A stretch of DNA of 64,000 bases. It comes from Vairimorpha necatrix (taxonomy: Eukaryota). A program made the position numbers and the translations under genes. The stretch spans positions 124,001 to 188,000 of the forward strand of contig CP142734.1 in assembly GCA_036630325.1 (NCBI GenBank). Direction: 5' to 3'. The notes below the pieces were generated by a model. The model worked only from the letters and a program-made list of their open reading frames with translations. It did no database searches and was not told the origin of the DNA. The stretch's first letter is position 1. Each line of letters opens with the position of its first letter. Shown here one piece after another: positions 12,425 to 26,529 of this stretch.

Positions 12425-15400
12425 TGGGGGCGATACCGAATCGTCAGTTTACAAGTGTGGACTGTGGTCTAGAGGCCAAAAAGTTATTAAAAGAAGTTAG
12501 AAGAATAATGTATAGGTTGGAGATGGAGGAAATAGAAATCAGTTTGTGGAAGCAAAGAATATTATTAAAGGAAGTGAAGAAATAAAAAATTTCATGGTAG
12601 AAAGAATTATTAAAGAGGACGAATATTATAATATAATTGAGAAATTAGAGGAGGAAATAAGTATAGAAGAAAGAACTAAAAAAGAAGAAGAAAATAGGAG
12701 AGAACTTATTGAGGTCATAGCTGAGAATGTTAGAGAAACTGTGAGAAAAGAAATTCAAGAGAAAGATTTAGTTTTAAGGAATACAGTACAAGAAATAAGA
12801 AATAATAGGAATTGTTTTAATTGTGGTAAATTTGGCCATATGGCTAGGAACTGCTATGTAGGAAGGAACAATAATCAGGAAAATAATAAAAAGTTTAATA
12901 AGTACTTAAATTTAGACGAAAACCAAAGTTTGTGTAGCTGTAATGATAATAAAGAATATAAACCAAGTGGAAAGACAAACGAGTTAAGTAAAAAGAATGT
13001 AATAATAGTGATAGAAGACATAAAGAAAAAATATATGCGAGCAATAAAGAGACGAAAAGGAGATTACTGAAGAGGGAATTTACGTTGGAAGATCTCAAAG
13101 CGGAATATGAAGAAGTTTTTAAACAAGGAGATGAGGTTATAAATATTGTACATTAGAGAAGTGTAAGATAGATACTCCAGAGGGTAAGAAGATAGTCAGA
13201 AAGGGACAGACGATCCCACAGGCTTTGATCAAACAGACTGAGGAATATATTAATGATTTAGAAAATAGAAAAATTATAAGAAGATCGTCTTCGGAATGGC
13301 GAACCCCAATAAGAGCGATACTTAAACCAAGTGGTGAAGTAAGAGTAGTTAGTAATTTTATAGGGTTGAATGATTTAGTCGAGAAAGACCCGTATGAGCT
13401 AACGAATATGAGAGAAATAATAAGAGCTACGCAAGGGTCGATAATATTTACTGTTGTTGATTGCAAAGAAGCATTTTACCATTTTGAAATTGAAGAAAAA
13501 GATAAACATAAGACGGCGTTTGAATTTAATAAAAAAGTTTACGAATGGAATGTATGGTGATGGGATACAAAAATTCCCCACAGATACTACAGAGAACGAT
13601 GAATATGATTTTTGAAGATTTGCGGGGAAATGGTGTTGAGGTATACATGGACGATATAGTAATACATGCCAACAATAAACGTAAACACGATGAATTAGTA
13701 ATAGAGGTTATAGAAAGAATTAAGAGAAATAAAATGAAATTAAATATTGGGAAAATACAGTTTAGACAAGCGGAAGTAAAATTATTAGGTGTGACGCTGA
13801 ATGGAATAGACATGACGGCCGACGAAATAAAGAAAAATGAAGCCTTGGAGTATCCGGATCCAAAAACTTTGACGGAATTGAGGAGGTTTCTAGGATTGAC
13901 TGGATGGTTCAGACCATTTATAAAAGATTATGCCGGGCTGACGTTGAAAATGACAGATAGTTTGAAGAAAAATGGCAATTCGTGGAAATTTACGGAAGAG
14001 ATGAAAGAGGAATTTACTAAAATGAAAAATGTGTTAAGAAATATGGGAAGACTAAGATTACCGGACTATAATAAGGAGTTCATACTAAGAACAGACGCTA
14101 GCAATTTGAGATTGGGTGCGGTGTTACTTCAGAAGAATGAGAATGGGGAATGGGTTGCTATACAATGGGCATCTAAAAAGCTAACACCTACCGAAATAAG
14201 ATATGGAATATCAGAAAAGGAAATGCTTGCGATATATTGGGGCATTGATAAATTTAAATACGAGTTAAGAGGTATGAAATTCAAGATAGAAACGGATCAC
14301 AAAGCACTGGTGGAGATAAGAAATAAACCGTTTTTTAATAATAACAGAATAAATCGCTTCATCGAGAAGATACAGGAATATGATTTTATCGTTGAATATA
14401 AAAAACCTGATGAGATGGTGGTAGCAGATGCGTTGAGTCGAATAAATATGGAAGAGGATATTAAAGAAATGAAAAATAAAGAGCGAACAATCAAGCAAAC
14501 AGAAGGTAAATGGAAAGCACATGTTTCTTTTGAGAATGGAAAGCATAATTGGCAATTTGACTCAGGACGTAAAGTTGAAATACCACCTGAGAATATAAGA
14601 GACAATTAATCCAAGAATATCATGAAAAAGTAGGCCACAGATGCATGACAAGTGTTTATTATGCAATGATAGAAGAATACTATTGGCCAGGAATAAAGAA
14701 AGAAATAAACGAGGTTATAAAACAGTGTCAGAAATGTCAGATATATAACAGGAAAAATATGGGTGGTTGTGAATTTGTAGATACGTCGAGATACCTAGAG
14801 AAGGTTGCATTGAATTTGATAGACTTTAGAAATGAGAAGAAATATGTTTTAGTTGCTATAGATTATTTTACACGTAGAGTATGGGGAATAGTTATAAATA
14901 ACAAGTCAAGTAATAATGTTGTTGGATTTTTGAAAAGATTATGTGAGCAAGGGAAGAAACCAGAAGAAATTATTACAGATAACGGGAAAGAGTTTATTAA
15001 CGTGGAATTTAGAAAATTTTGTAGAGATCTCGATATAATACACCGACAAGTAAGTATAGAAGCGCATAGAAGTAACGGAAGAGTTGAGCGTGTTATAGGA
15101 ACTTTGAGAGAAAGTATTTTTAAGTCGGATGCGAAAACTTTTGAAGATAAAGTGTATAAAAGTATCGATATATATAATCAGAGCTATCATACAGGAATAA
15201 AATGTACACCAATAGAAGCGACTGAAGATAAAACTGGTGACGCAATGCTTGGAAATAGCCCCATAGAGAAATATTGTAATAGGTTAGAAAAGGAAAGATC
15301 GAAAAATTTAGCAAAGGTCAATTGGTAAGAATAGCTAAACGAGAAAATTTGGCAGGTGTTAATAAGTATGAAAAGGAAGATTTTTGGATACAGGAAAAAT

Positions 15401-15515
15401 TATTGAAAAGTGTGAAAAGGATTCTTATATTGTAAAACTTAGTAATGGTAGGCTTGTGAAGAAGAGACATTATGATCTGAAGGGTATGCTTGGGGTAGAT
15501 GTGAAAATTAGATGA
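12409..15515 (+). pseudogene. Frameshifted gag-pol polyprotein
   Basis: Begins MINKDMGAIPNR, colinear with the intact polyprotein at 36900-39971. Split into ORFs 12546, 13225, 13545 and 14645 by frameshifts; first integrase Asp reads VALNLID versus VALDLID in the intact copy. Confidence 0.9.
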
Positions 15516-15537
15516 GACTAACCGTTGAGGGGGGGGA

Positions 15538-15585
15538 TGTGATATATTTGTATAATTTCTATCCCCATTATGATAAATAAAGACT
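15538..15585 (+). repeat. 3' LTR (48 bp; terminal A changed to T)
   Basis: Identical to the 5' LTR except the last base; preceded by the PPT and followed by TSD TAAAT. Confidence 0.92.
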
Positions 15586-15636
15586 TAAATTACATTTGAT
15601 AATTTAACTATAAAATGTTTTTTTTAAATGACCCAT

Positions 15637-16365
15637 ATGTTTTTATGTTTACTATTATTAAGTTGTTCAACCCTTTCAGGAGATGGACGAAGTATTAGTT
15701 TAAACGATACCAACAAATTTTTTGCGTAGACAAATTTCCAGCAAATTTTCTGTTAACTAAATAAAAATTTATCAAAATTCACGATGGAACGCTGTCGTTT
15801 GAAATATTTGACTGGGAATATAATAAAAATGGCGAGAAAAAAAATTGTGTATGCTCAATTGGGCTATTGAAGTAAAATTCAAAAACGAAGTAGAGATGAT
15901 GGACCTATATGATAAGCATAAATATGTCACAAGATGGTTTTATCATTACAATCATTTTGTTAAATTCCTTTTGCCTAAACTTGATGACATTGTCATTGGT
16001 GATTACTTAATTATGATAGTTGATGGAATTTTATACAATAAAATTCAAGATGCTATAAATTTTTTTAAACCTCTTAACAGAAATAAATATTTTTGTATTG
16101 ATTACCTCTAAATGAATTATGAAAGTTGTTTATATTTTCATCAATACATCAATGATATAGCTACGGATCGAATTATTAATGAATTAATCGTTAAAATTTT
16201 TTTGATTGAATAGGGAAGAAAAATGCCAACAAAAGCCCGACCTTTGACTTATTACTTCATTGGGATCATTTTGTACTTACCAAAATGACTTTTAATGAAA
16301 TATTGTCTAGGCACGAAGATGCCTTAAAATTGAATAAAATTATACTGGAGATTTTAAAAAGGTTA
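15637..16365 (+). pseudogene. Pseudogene paralog of 8795-9517 (family A)
   Basis: ACCCAT-ATG start MFLCLLLLSC; fragments WEYNKNGEK, KFKNEVE, FHQYINDIA and EDALKLNKIILEILKR match the 240-aa protein; stops and frameshifts present. Confidence 0.85.
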
Positions 16366-16849
16366 GGATATCAAAAAAGTAAATTTTTAAAATTATACAT
16401 TATTAAAAAATTCGGAATTTTTTTTTTTTAGTCCTATTTTAATACTTTAAAAAAATTAAGTGTTAAATATCTAGGTTATGCTATACATAAAAAGATGTAA
16501 AATTTATTAAATAACAATGTATTCTACATAATTTTTAATCTTCTGAAAATATCTATAGTATAAATCATTATAAAGCAAAGCTTTCCCTCATGGGTCTTTC
16601 AATTTCTTATCTTAAAATTTAACAACATTTGACATGACAAAGTGAACTTCCATAAATTTTTTTGAAAAAAAATAGTCAAATTTCTGTCGAGTTAATTTTC
16701 TATTTAAGTTAGATATTTGTTGCGGATATTGTCCCGGCATCGCTAATGTAGCTTAACTCATGGCAAACTATGGCTCTAGCCAAATATTTTTGCTTTTGCC
16801 TCCGAATTTTTCAACTTTATCTTCTTATACGACGCCGTTTCTTAACAGT

Positions 16850-17170
16850 CGCCATTACTTCTAGCGCGCTTACAGTTCTAATACTTCTTTCTCTCCTGCA
16901 ACCTCTTGGTCGTATCCTCATTGTTCCAAAAACATGAGCTCTAAAGTCTTCTCAGTAATATAGACTAGTAAATACCTTAGCGTAAGGTTTAAATTCTCGC
17001 AATCTAATATAATTTTTTTATTGCTCATTAATCCATCCTATATCATATAAAGCAAACTATTCTTTATTAAAAATTATTTAAGGTTAGTTAATTTGCAAAC
17101 TTATCGTATTTTTATAGTTTTTCTCGACTATAAGTCATTCCTCGTTGGTTATTACACGTGCCTACATATA
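16850..17170 (-). mobile_element. Degenerate 3' remnant of an RLE non-LTR retrotransposon
   Basis: Minus-strand fragments ITNEE, KYDKFAN, xDGLMS and EKTLE parallel GITS/KYDLLAN/WDGIVT/KMTLE of the 10880 element. Boundaries approximate. Confidence 0.5.
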
Positions 17171-20100
17171 TTTCAAAAAATAAACAAGAACAAATTTAGG
17201 GAATTCTACACTTTAATTAACTTAAGTTTTAAACATATTATATTTATACACGTTGATATATAGCTTGTTTTTACTATAGGTTTCAAATTTTAATTATCTG
17301 ATATCTTAAGAACATATCTAATAAGCTTACTGTTTAAAGAAATTTAATGTGTGTCTTTAGTTTAAAGTATACTTCAACTTTCCGATAGTGCGAAGATACT
17401 CGAAAAGGTTTTTGTTGGTAAATATATGCATAAATTATGATATGTCACTGATTCTTAGCTTCTTTCCGCCAATTAATAGGTGTGAAAGAGATTCTACAAA
17501 GAAAGTCATTATTCAAACGGATGCTTTTTTATTGTAAAACGTAGTTATCATTTTTCTTAAATAAACCTGCTAGTTAGCAAACTTGACGTGTTTTACAATA
17601 GATCCTTGCTTTATATATTCTATGATAAGACCTATACAACATCCCTAATACTTACATGTTACATTCAAAACTCCAACTACAAACATTTTGACTTTTTTCA
17701 TGAGATACTTTCGTAAACTATCATTTGAAGACATTAGTATTTACAAACAGAACAAATTTAGTAAACAAATCTTCAATGTTAATTATTTTTATGTATTCAG
17801 AGTTATTTCACTATATTCCTATCGCAGTCTTTGCAAAAAAAATTTAAATCTTTGATTGTACATTTTTACCTTTTTTTTAATAATGTAAATGATTGGATGT
17901 TGTTTTTTTATTTATTTAAATTTGTCAAATAGACTTAATAAGACAATTTAAAATTAAGAAAGTCTTGATTTTTTTACTTTGTTTCACTACAATTGTATAA
18001 AACAATGATTCTTAATGATTTATCTAGTTTTGAGTTAATTAAACGCCTTAGTACTAAAAGACCACATTATTTTTTTAATATTACTGGAGGCACTGTACAT
18101 ATATTAGTTTAGTTAAACGGAATAAAACCAATTAAAAAGCTATTCCATATGTTTATAAAGATATATCCAGAGAAAAGGTCTATAACAAATGAGATAATTG
18201 TAACAGATAAGCATTAATAACATATTTTTTTTAAAATTAGCCAAAAAATATTATTTCACAAAAAACACCCTTTTGGTATGTCGAAACGGCAAAGAACAAA
18301 AACAATAACAAAGTTATTTTAGAATACAATTTCAAATATTATCATAAAATAATCTTATTAACAAGACACTGTTTAAAGTCTACGGTGCCTAATTAAACTT
18401 TCTTTATTTACTTCACACGAATTGCTCTCAAAGACATAAATATGGAACATTGTTATAACACGCTATACATGTTAGATCATATTCTCATTAAAAAAAAAAG
18501 CTCTTTAATTTATTATAAAACATTAAGGAGTGATTATTTAGTTTTAAATCAAGGTAAACTTTTCTTTGTATTAATTTTCAAAGGTATTGCTTTAAATTTT
18601 CATCTATAAATCAATATCATTTTTTTCTGCACTTATTTTATCCATCCCAACTTTCCCTACACCGTCGGCTCGGCGCCATTCGTTGCACTTAACCTTGTTC
18701 ATTTAAATTAATCTGTTTGAGCTGTATTTATATTATTTTAATTTTTCAGTTAGTTGTAATCTTCTTTTTACTAAAGCTATTATTTTATTATTATGTATCT
18801 TATACACCGATGACCAATATTTAAGAATTTGAAATTACAGTATTTTTATCATTACAAATCCATAATTATTTTAAAATTGTATATCTAAAATACAATTTAT
18901 ATATTAAATTGTTGTCATAGTAAAGAAACTTTGATTTTACGTGCTTTAAAAAAAACTTGGTTAATACATACACTTCTTGTTTATTAAATTGTATATGGAA
19001 TCACAAAAGAAAATTTTATATATTGTTTGTATCTTTTGTAAATTTTTTTTGCCCTTTACTGGCGACTTTTTATTTCTTGAGTAAAAATGGCAAGTTTGTT
19101 TACCTTCTTCTTTACTTGGTACCTATTATTACTTTATCGCTCAGTCAAGACCTCCCATTTTTTAAATGCCAAAAATAGTAAATTTATAATTTCTAATCAA
19201 AAAAGGTATTCTTTATGACTAAAAAACTAGATTTTATTATTTTTTTTTATTAATTCACATTTTTTTTCATACCAAAATTTTAACTTTTATTCACTATTCT
19301 TAATTTATATCATTGACAAAGTAGTTCCCCTATATATTATTGTTCATTTATAAAAGAAAAGAACAAAAAAATAGTACTTTGTAAGGCGGGAGACACTGAC
19401 ATGAACAGAAAAAAAAAAACTGTCACCCATAGATGGGCGAAGAGACATTTAACGTTCTAAACATCTTCGTTGGCCACAATAGCTCAAAGCTCACAAATAT
19501 TAATGAAATTTGAGATTAAATTACATTTTTGTTATATTATACACATTGTTCATGTATTTGCATAAATTTCAATTTTACTGTACATAATTATGAAATTTTG
19601 AGAGGCATTATAAATATAAAAACTATAGCATTTAGATTAGATATTTAAAACAAAAAAATGGCGAGAACAACAGTAAATCCGAAATGACTCGAGATGCAAA
19701 AAACTTATTACAAAATTTAAAAAAATCTTTTTGCGTTGTTTTAATTATTGTATAAATTAAAAAAAGTTTATGGCCGAACAGAACATAATGTTCTGTTTTC
19801 ACTCGTTAAAGATTAGCAAATTTTGTTAACCCTCTAACCCATATTAGAAATACTTGTAAGAACTTCAAAAGTACTTATTAAAAATTTTTATTATTTTTGC
19901 ATACATTATATACAATTTTTTTAAGCATGTACATTATAAATCAGGGTTAAATAATTAAGCACTATTAACACTTATTAGACCATTTATGGTAGAAATAGGA
20001 ACGATAAAAACATGCCCAATGAGATTTTTAATCTATCGTATTAGAATTCTCTTTTTGTAAATCACGTTAAAGATGTAAAGTTGCATAGGAACTCAATCTG

Positions 20101-20820
20101 CACAATTAAAATCTTAAATACCTGAGCTAGTAAGTCATAATTAGTTATCCTCATGAAAAAAATATAAGGTGACAAACAAAAAAAATATAACGACTAGGGC
20201 TTCAGAAATTCGAATAGGGTGACTAAAGTTCCTCAATTTCATTGGCTAGCTTCCAAATTACTTCTTATCTCAATGGACTTCCATCAAAAGCATGCTTCTA
20301 ATTTCGGCACTGTTGTTGATATAGTTTTTTTTGGAATATACAAATAAATTTTATCAACGAGGGCTATATGTTATGGTATTTCTGGTGATGCTCAAACTTA
20401 AAATCCAATAATTTGGTTTTATGAGGGATAAGGTTAATTTGAGACTGTTTTTATGAAGTTCAAAGTATAATAAGTGGGTCTATATGCTGTAATCTCTCTA
20501 AAATTTTTTTTTATTTGCATTAAATTTTTTCATATTGATTCTATTTGTTAAAAATCGTAAAATATTATCAAGCATTTCATATTTTTTTTCATATTGATAT
20601 AAAACAATTTTCATGTTAATGAAAATCTTTTAGTTGTTTTTTTTTGTTAAATTTGCTTATTAGATAACACTTACAATTGTACATGAAACAAAATTTCTTT
20701 ATGTATCCATTTATACTCCTTTTAACATTTACATGTACGATTATTATTTGTTCATTTAATTATCCAATAAAAATAATGATTGATATATAAAAATACATAA
20801 ATAACTTTTGTTACTTGTTT

Positions 20821-21813
20821 ATGTTACTACTTCAGAGATTACCTTTAATTATTTTCGTATTTACTAGTCTAGTCTCAAATACATATATGATATTGTATAA
20901 TAACACAACACAAAACAAGAACTTTTATAAAGAAATGATATACACATTCTTAAGTGTAAACCTTGTAACCTCCTGTATTTTATGTATATTTACTATTATA
21001 ATATTCAAATTTGAATTATTATTAGGTTACATTAATTTAATATATTTAGCTTCTGCCGCATTATCAATTAGTCTATCAAGAGGGATTTTTGAGATATTTG
21101 GTATAATATTAAGCATCTTACACGTGTTATATTATACTTATAAAATAGATAAACGAATGACAAAACGAGAACAAGAGAAAATGATAGCACATGAAATTAT
21201 TTGGCAAAATCCCAAAGCAACTAATACTTATGGGGTAAAAGTCAATATAATGTTTTTTATAAACGAATTTATTGATTATATAAAATCTCTTAAGATAGAA
21301 AATTACACTAATGATCTAGAGAGAAGTTTTTTGCATCTAGTATCTAGATATAAACATATTATATTTATACTTTTGGTCACTAATTTATTAGTCCATTTAC
21401 AGACATTGATATTTGTAAATTTTAGTCCTTCGACTTTAATAGAATACATTTTTATAAGTGCATCTTATTGTGGACTTATAAATTTTTACATACAGATTTC
21501 TATTTACTTTTTAAAAAAACAAATATTGGGAGATAATACATTAAGAATAGAATTTAGTGTTAAAAGTTTCATTGTATCTTTGCTGAGTTATGTCTATGTC
21601 ATAAAAAATACTTCATATTGTAGTTATATAGACCTAGAGAACATTTTAGTTGTCATAGGATACTTTTATATGATTTGTATAAATAGATTTAATACGTTAA
21701 TTATAAGAGATAGTTTTATAAAACATAGCGCAATATTGTACAGTAACACCATTTTATTTTCATTGATCATGATTTGTATATCCCTTTCATTATTGGAAAC
21801 CAGAAAAATATAG
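20821..21813 (+). CDS. Hypothetical multi-pass membrane protein
   Basis: About 330-aa ORF with many hydrophobic segments; first ATG at 20821 (the track start is TTG). No family recognised. Confidence 0.75.
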   Translation: MLLLQRLPLIIFVFTSLVSNTYMILYNNTTQNKNFYKEMIYTFLSVNLVTSCILCIFTIIIFKFELLLGYINLIYLASAALSISLSRGIFEIFGIILSILHVLYYTYKIDKRMTKREQEKMIAHEIIWQNPKATNTYGVKVNIMFFINEFIDYIKSLKIENYTNDLERSFLHLVSRYKHIIFILLVTNLLVHLQTLIFVNFSPSTLIEYIFISASYCGLINFYIQISIYFLKKQILGDNTLRIEFSVKSFIVSLLSYVYVIKNTSYCSYIDLENILVVIGYFYMICINRFNTLIIRDSFIKHSAILYSNTILFSLIMICISLSLLETRKI

Positions 21814-23467
21814 ATATAAATAAATATATGTAAAAAAGCTGAATCTTATTTATAACGTAAAAATCAATATGCAAATATAAAATCTGTTTTATATGTATCC
21901 AAGGGGGTTAATCAAAATATAAAGAATAGAATAATCGTAAAAACCATTTTAGTCCAATTAAAATAACCGATTTCAATAAAAAATAATACAAAAACATACA
22001 AAAATTCCATTATATCACTTTAGTAACCCCCATCAATGTAAAAAATAAATTTTATTTTAGCTCTTTTTTAGAGCGCAAATGAACACAAAAAAATTTCCAA
22101 AGTGGAACAAATCATCTTATAAAAATCTATTTTGGTTATAATATAGAAAAAAACATTATGTCTAATCTATCTAAATAAAGCTCTTCTATAAAATAAATGA
22201 TTAAGTGACCAATTTTTGTAAAATTTGATTTGTCATTATATTGTATTTTGATATTAAAAGATATGTTTTCATTCGTTTTATTGTCTTTAAAACAGATTGC
22301 ATGTTAATTTATATATATTTAGTAATTATACACTGATTTGTCTGTCCAAATACTTCTTGCGGTTAATAGACAGTTCGAGAAAAAAATATTTTTATTTTTC
22401 TCTATAAGGCATTCTGCAATTATATATGTCATGTTTTTCTTCTGAAAAATATATCTTTATGCTTATAACTGTTTATTTCTTATTATTATCGTTTATAACA
22501 ATGTAATTTGCTTATGGTATGATTAATTTTACAGAGATTAATCAAGACTTTTCTTTTATTACATTGCAATGTATTATAAAGATCAGTCTTATGTAAATAA
22601 GATGAACAAAGAAAATTTAAAGTTATAAAAAAATTATTTCAGACTAACTGCTACTTAATTGTAATCTGATATTTTTGGTTTTTTTCTTTTCTCGTTTTTA
22701 AAGCTTCATCTTTAAAAAAATGGGACTAAAAATCAAAAATTTCATATATATACTAATAAAGGGAGCTTAAGTGAAAAAGCTACTCTATAATTAAGAATGT
22801 TATCACTTAAATTGTATAATTTGTACTTATAATTGCTTATAGATATTTTTCCGGAAAAATCATTTATGACGCAATCGTGAGAAACTGCCTCGGGATAAAT
22901 ATGTTCCACTAAAATTTAAGTTTTTCTCTAATTCTATAGGCACGTTGGCCATCTCTTTGGAAGTATGATCCTTGGTTTGATAGCCAATCTTTGCATTTGT
23001 GTTCCAAGGCAATTAAATCTCTATTCTGTCTTTCATGGTTTCATGCGTAAGATCTAAAAACAAATCAATAGTCTATTTTGAATAGACCGATCGGATAGTC
23101 GTTTTCCAAAAAAAGGAAAATTGGTAAACTAAAAAAAGTATTTTGTGCTGATTGTAATGCTACCTTTCAAATCAAATTCACAAAATATAACTAAATAAAT
23201 TAGTATTATATTGAATAATTAAAATTATTGATTTCTATTATTTTGATAACTCGTTTTCAAAATAAAAATTAATACCCGCAAAGAAATAAAGAAATGTTGT
23301 TTTCAAAATGGAATAGCATATTCCAGTTATAAAAACAAGTGATTTTTAAAGACAAAAAATTCTTTATAAATAATATGTTTTTGAATACTTTAGTTTGAAC
23401 TGATAGCCAATATTATCTAGCTACTTTTAATTATAAAAAAAATTGAAACATTTTTATAACCCCTTAA

Positions 23468-24328
23468 ATGATTCATATCTTAGAATTTTTGAGGTGTACA
23501 ACGTTAACATATAATGAATACATAGATGAAGATGTCAATATGCTAAATTCTGAGGACTACTTATCAGCTGAGAATGCATATAATTTTATTTATAATGAGA
23601 ATTCTATTGAAAAATCAGCACTTAAAAATTTTGAGTGTTCTGAAAGTACCAATATCGATGATGATTTGTCGTTTGTGGTAAATGATGTATTTTTTGGTCA
23701 AAAACTTGAAACCGAGTTTATGAAACAAAATCATACCAATTGTGCAAATGTTTTAGATACAGATACACAATATTTAGACGAAAAATATGTATGGAATATG
23801 AATACAGATCAATCACTAGAGGACAATAACTTAGCAAATGTCGGAAAATTGACTTCGAATTCGGCATCATTAAATGAATGTATAAATAAAATTAAAAATT
23901 TTATTGCGCAAAGAAAAAATGAATCGTCAAACATCCATAGTTTCTCTGATGTTTATATCCATAATTCTCAAAAAGAAATTGTCATAAAGAATCATAATCT
24001 TATAACTCATTTTTTTTTAAATGTATTTATAAATAAATTTAACAATGAATACATTCCTAGAATATCTATGTTGATATATGGAATAGATATAACTGAAGAA
24101 ATTAAGGATATAATTTTAGAATTCATAAATGTATTTAAGTTCTTTTTAACAGTTTATGACAATAAAATTATAGAAAGAAATGATTTAAATACTGAAAGCA
24201 ATCTAAAAATAATTAGTTATAATATAAAAATCATGAATTTCCTTGAAAATATATTAATAATTGATTGTTTAAAAAAAATCGAGGATGATTTGATGCTAAA
24301 AGAATATAAAAATGATGTAATAAAATGA
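23468..24328 (+). CDS. Hypothetical protein (286 aa), possibly secreted, possibly truncated by a premature stop
   Basis: AACCCCTTAA-ATG start; frame stays open for 41 codons after the TGA (to TAA ending at 24454). Confidence 0.8.
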   Translation: MIHILEFLRCTTLTYNEYIDEDVNMLNSEDYLSAENAYNFIYNENSIEKSALKNFECSESTNIDDDLSFVVNDVFFGQKLETEFMKQNHTNCANVLDTDTQYLDEKYVWNMNTDQSLEDNNLANVGKLTSNSASLNECINKIKNFIAQRKNESSNIHSFSDVYIHNSQKEIVIKNHNLITHFFLNVFINKFNNEYIPRISMLIYGIDITEEIKDIILEFINVFKFFLTVYDNKIIERNDLNTESNLKIISYNIKIMNFLENILIIDCLKKIEDDLMLKEYKNDVIK

Positions 24329-26529
24329 GAGGTCAAATCAATTTTTGACTCAATAGGACAAAATTTGAATAATATATTCAACAAGTCAAACAATATTTTA
24401 AATGTGTACGAAAAATGTATCGAGGAACTTAAAAAACAATATCATCAGTTGTAATGCTAATATCATCTTCTATAATTACCATTCAACATTATAATTAATA
24501 TTTTCTGTTATCTGTCTTTTTTACAAACTTTTTTATTAATTTTTTATATTCATCATTTTATATATATAACTTCAGATTAACACATACAACAAACGAATGC
24601 AAAAAATATGCCTTTTAATAATTTACCTATCGACCACCAAAAAAAGTATTAGATTCAAATTTAATATGTTTAGATGTCATATTTTAGGCTTCAAATTGAT
24701 TCATTTATAATCGAACACGAATCTACCTCATAACAATAAAAGTTTGCTATGATTGTCACAAATATTTTAAAAAATGCAAAAAAAAATAATTTACCTTCAA
24801 AAAAATAAAAAATAAATTTGAGGTAACTAAATTTTTTTTATAGATTTAATAATCATATGTCAGTATAAAATTTTTATATTACACAAGATATGTGAACCAA
24901 TCGATTAATACTAGTTTAAGAAAAATAAAATATAAATACATTCATAAAATTCAAAGTGTGTTCTCGACTATTTAAACACTAGATTAGTGTGTCTGAAATT
25001 TACGATAGTCATATTATTTAATAGTAGATTGTTTTTTAAAAACTCTTTGTATAACATAAAAATATAGAGTTTAGTTTGAATTCGCTCCTGATTTTTATGT
25101 ATATGACCAAGTGATTAAAAAAATATAAACTAAAAAAACTACGAGCATAATTCAAAATTAGCAGTGTTAAGTTAGTAAAAAAACCGATTTATGAAACCAC
25201 GATTATTACATAATTATCCATATAAAATAATACAAGGTTATTGTCTCTAAACTTATCACTATTAAGCAACCGTATACATAATAAAAAAAGCATATCAAAA
25301 TTAAGTTTGTAGTTGATTTATGTATGAATGACAACATACATGTGATCTAAAAAGATGATATGATAAGAGTTGTGTAAAATATGGAACATAAAATAAAAAT
25401 AACTACAAAATAGTTACAAAACCAAATTGTAAATAATTATAATCAGAATTTATTAAAAGAACATAAGAAAGTTTGACTATGATTTACTAGACAAAAAAGA
25501 TGATAACTGACAGATATATCATATTTAAAGAAACTTTGGCTATTGTATATATTGTTGCCCAATCTCAAATACATAACTGTACGAGCTTAAAGCATTTGAT
25601 TAAATTAGTAAGAAAAAAAGTATGCTTGATAAATTATGCACGAAGTTAAGTTGACCATAATCAAAACGATTTGTTTCAAATAAATAAATATATGTAATTT
25701 AATGAAAAAAAAAAAAGAAATAAACAGCAAGATCTTTGGATATTGAAAAATGTATCAATCGTGAGTAATGATCGAATCAAGCAACATCTATGCATATTAT
25801 GCAGAAGTTACTAAAATCAAAACGAATATCAAAAACAAATTGATTTAATCTTAATGTGATTATTAATTTGTTACATAAAAACAAGATTTTTGCACAATCT
25901 AAAGCTGTGTGGATACTTTTAGAGCTCTGCTTATGTATTAACTTGTATTTATTATTTATAATTAGAATGATACAGTTTCTTTTGTTAATTGTTAAACATT
26001 AAACTTAAAGTAAATTAATGACAGGAAAAGATAAATTGAGAGATTTACGAATTCTGAAATTCTATTTTATTAAAATTTATGCCATTACAAAAATCATTTA
26101 TTTGGACATAAACAATATATGTCACTTCATTTATTTAATATTAATATATTTAAAAATTGCAGTTATTCTTAGACCATAAATGGAGTAGCACAACGGTAAG
26201 ATTATATATCATTTGAACACTCTGCCTAATCCTCTACTATTTAGATTCTAGTATCTTATGCTACTATATATGGTTCATTACTTAATAATTCATATAATTT
26301 GTTACAAAATATGTGACTTTATGAAAATAAAATATATTTGCTAATAATACACAAAACCTGTCTATACCTCCTATAGGTGATTCTTATAATATTATTTAAT
26401 AAAAAAAATTAATAAAGAAACACTTTTTTGTATTCACAGAGTAAAACAATTTTTACTTTCAAGTCCAGATTTGAGTATTATAATTTATAGCAATAAAAAA
26501 TAATGTTTATAAATTAATAAAAAACTAAA

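Larger units (their letters stand above)
12377..15585 (+). mobile_element. Ty3/Gypsy LTR retrotransposon with 48-bp LTRs, decayed copy
   Basis: Direct repeats 12377-12424 and 15538-15585 (47/48 identical), TSD TAAAT (12372-76, 15586-90), PBS TGGGGGCGATACC at 12425, PPT GAGGGGGGGGA at 15527-15537; Gag-CCHC, RT (YMDD), RNase H and integrase in Gypsy order. Confidence 0.95.

Noticed and set aside
18655-18700. GC-rich patch reading TGGCGCCGAGCCG on the minus strand (PBS-like)
   Set aside because: No LTR, TSD or gag ORF found next to it.
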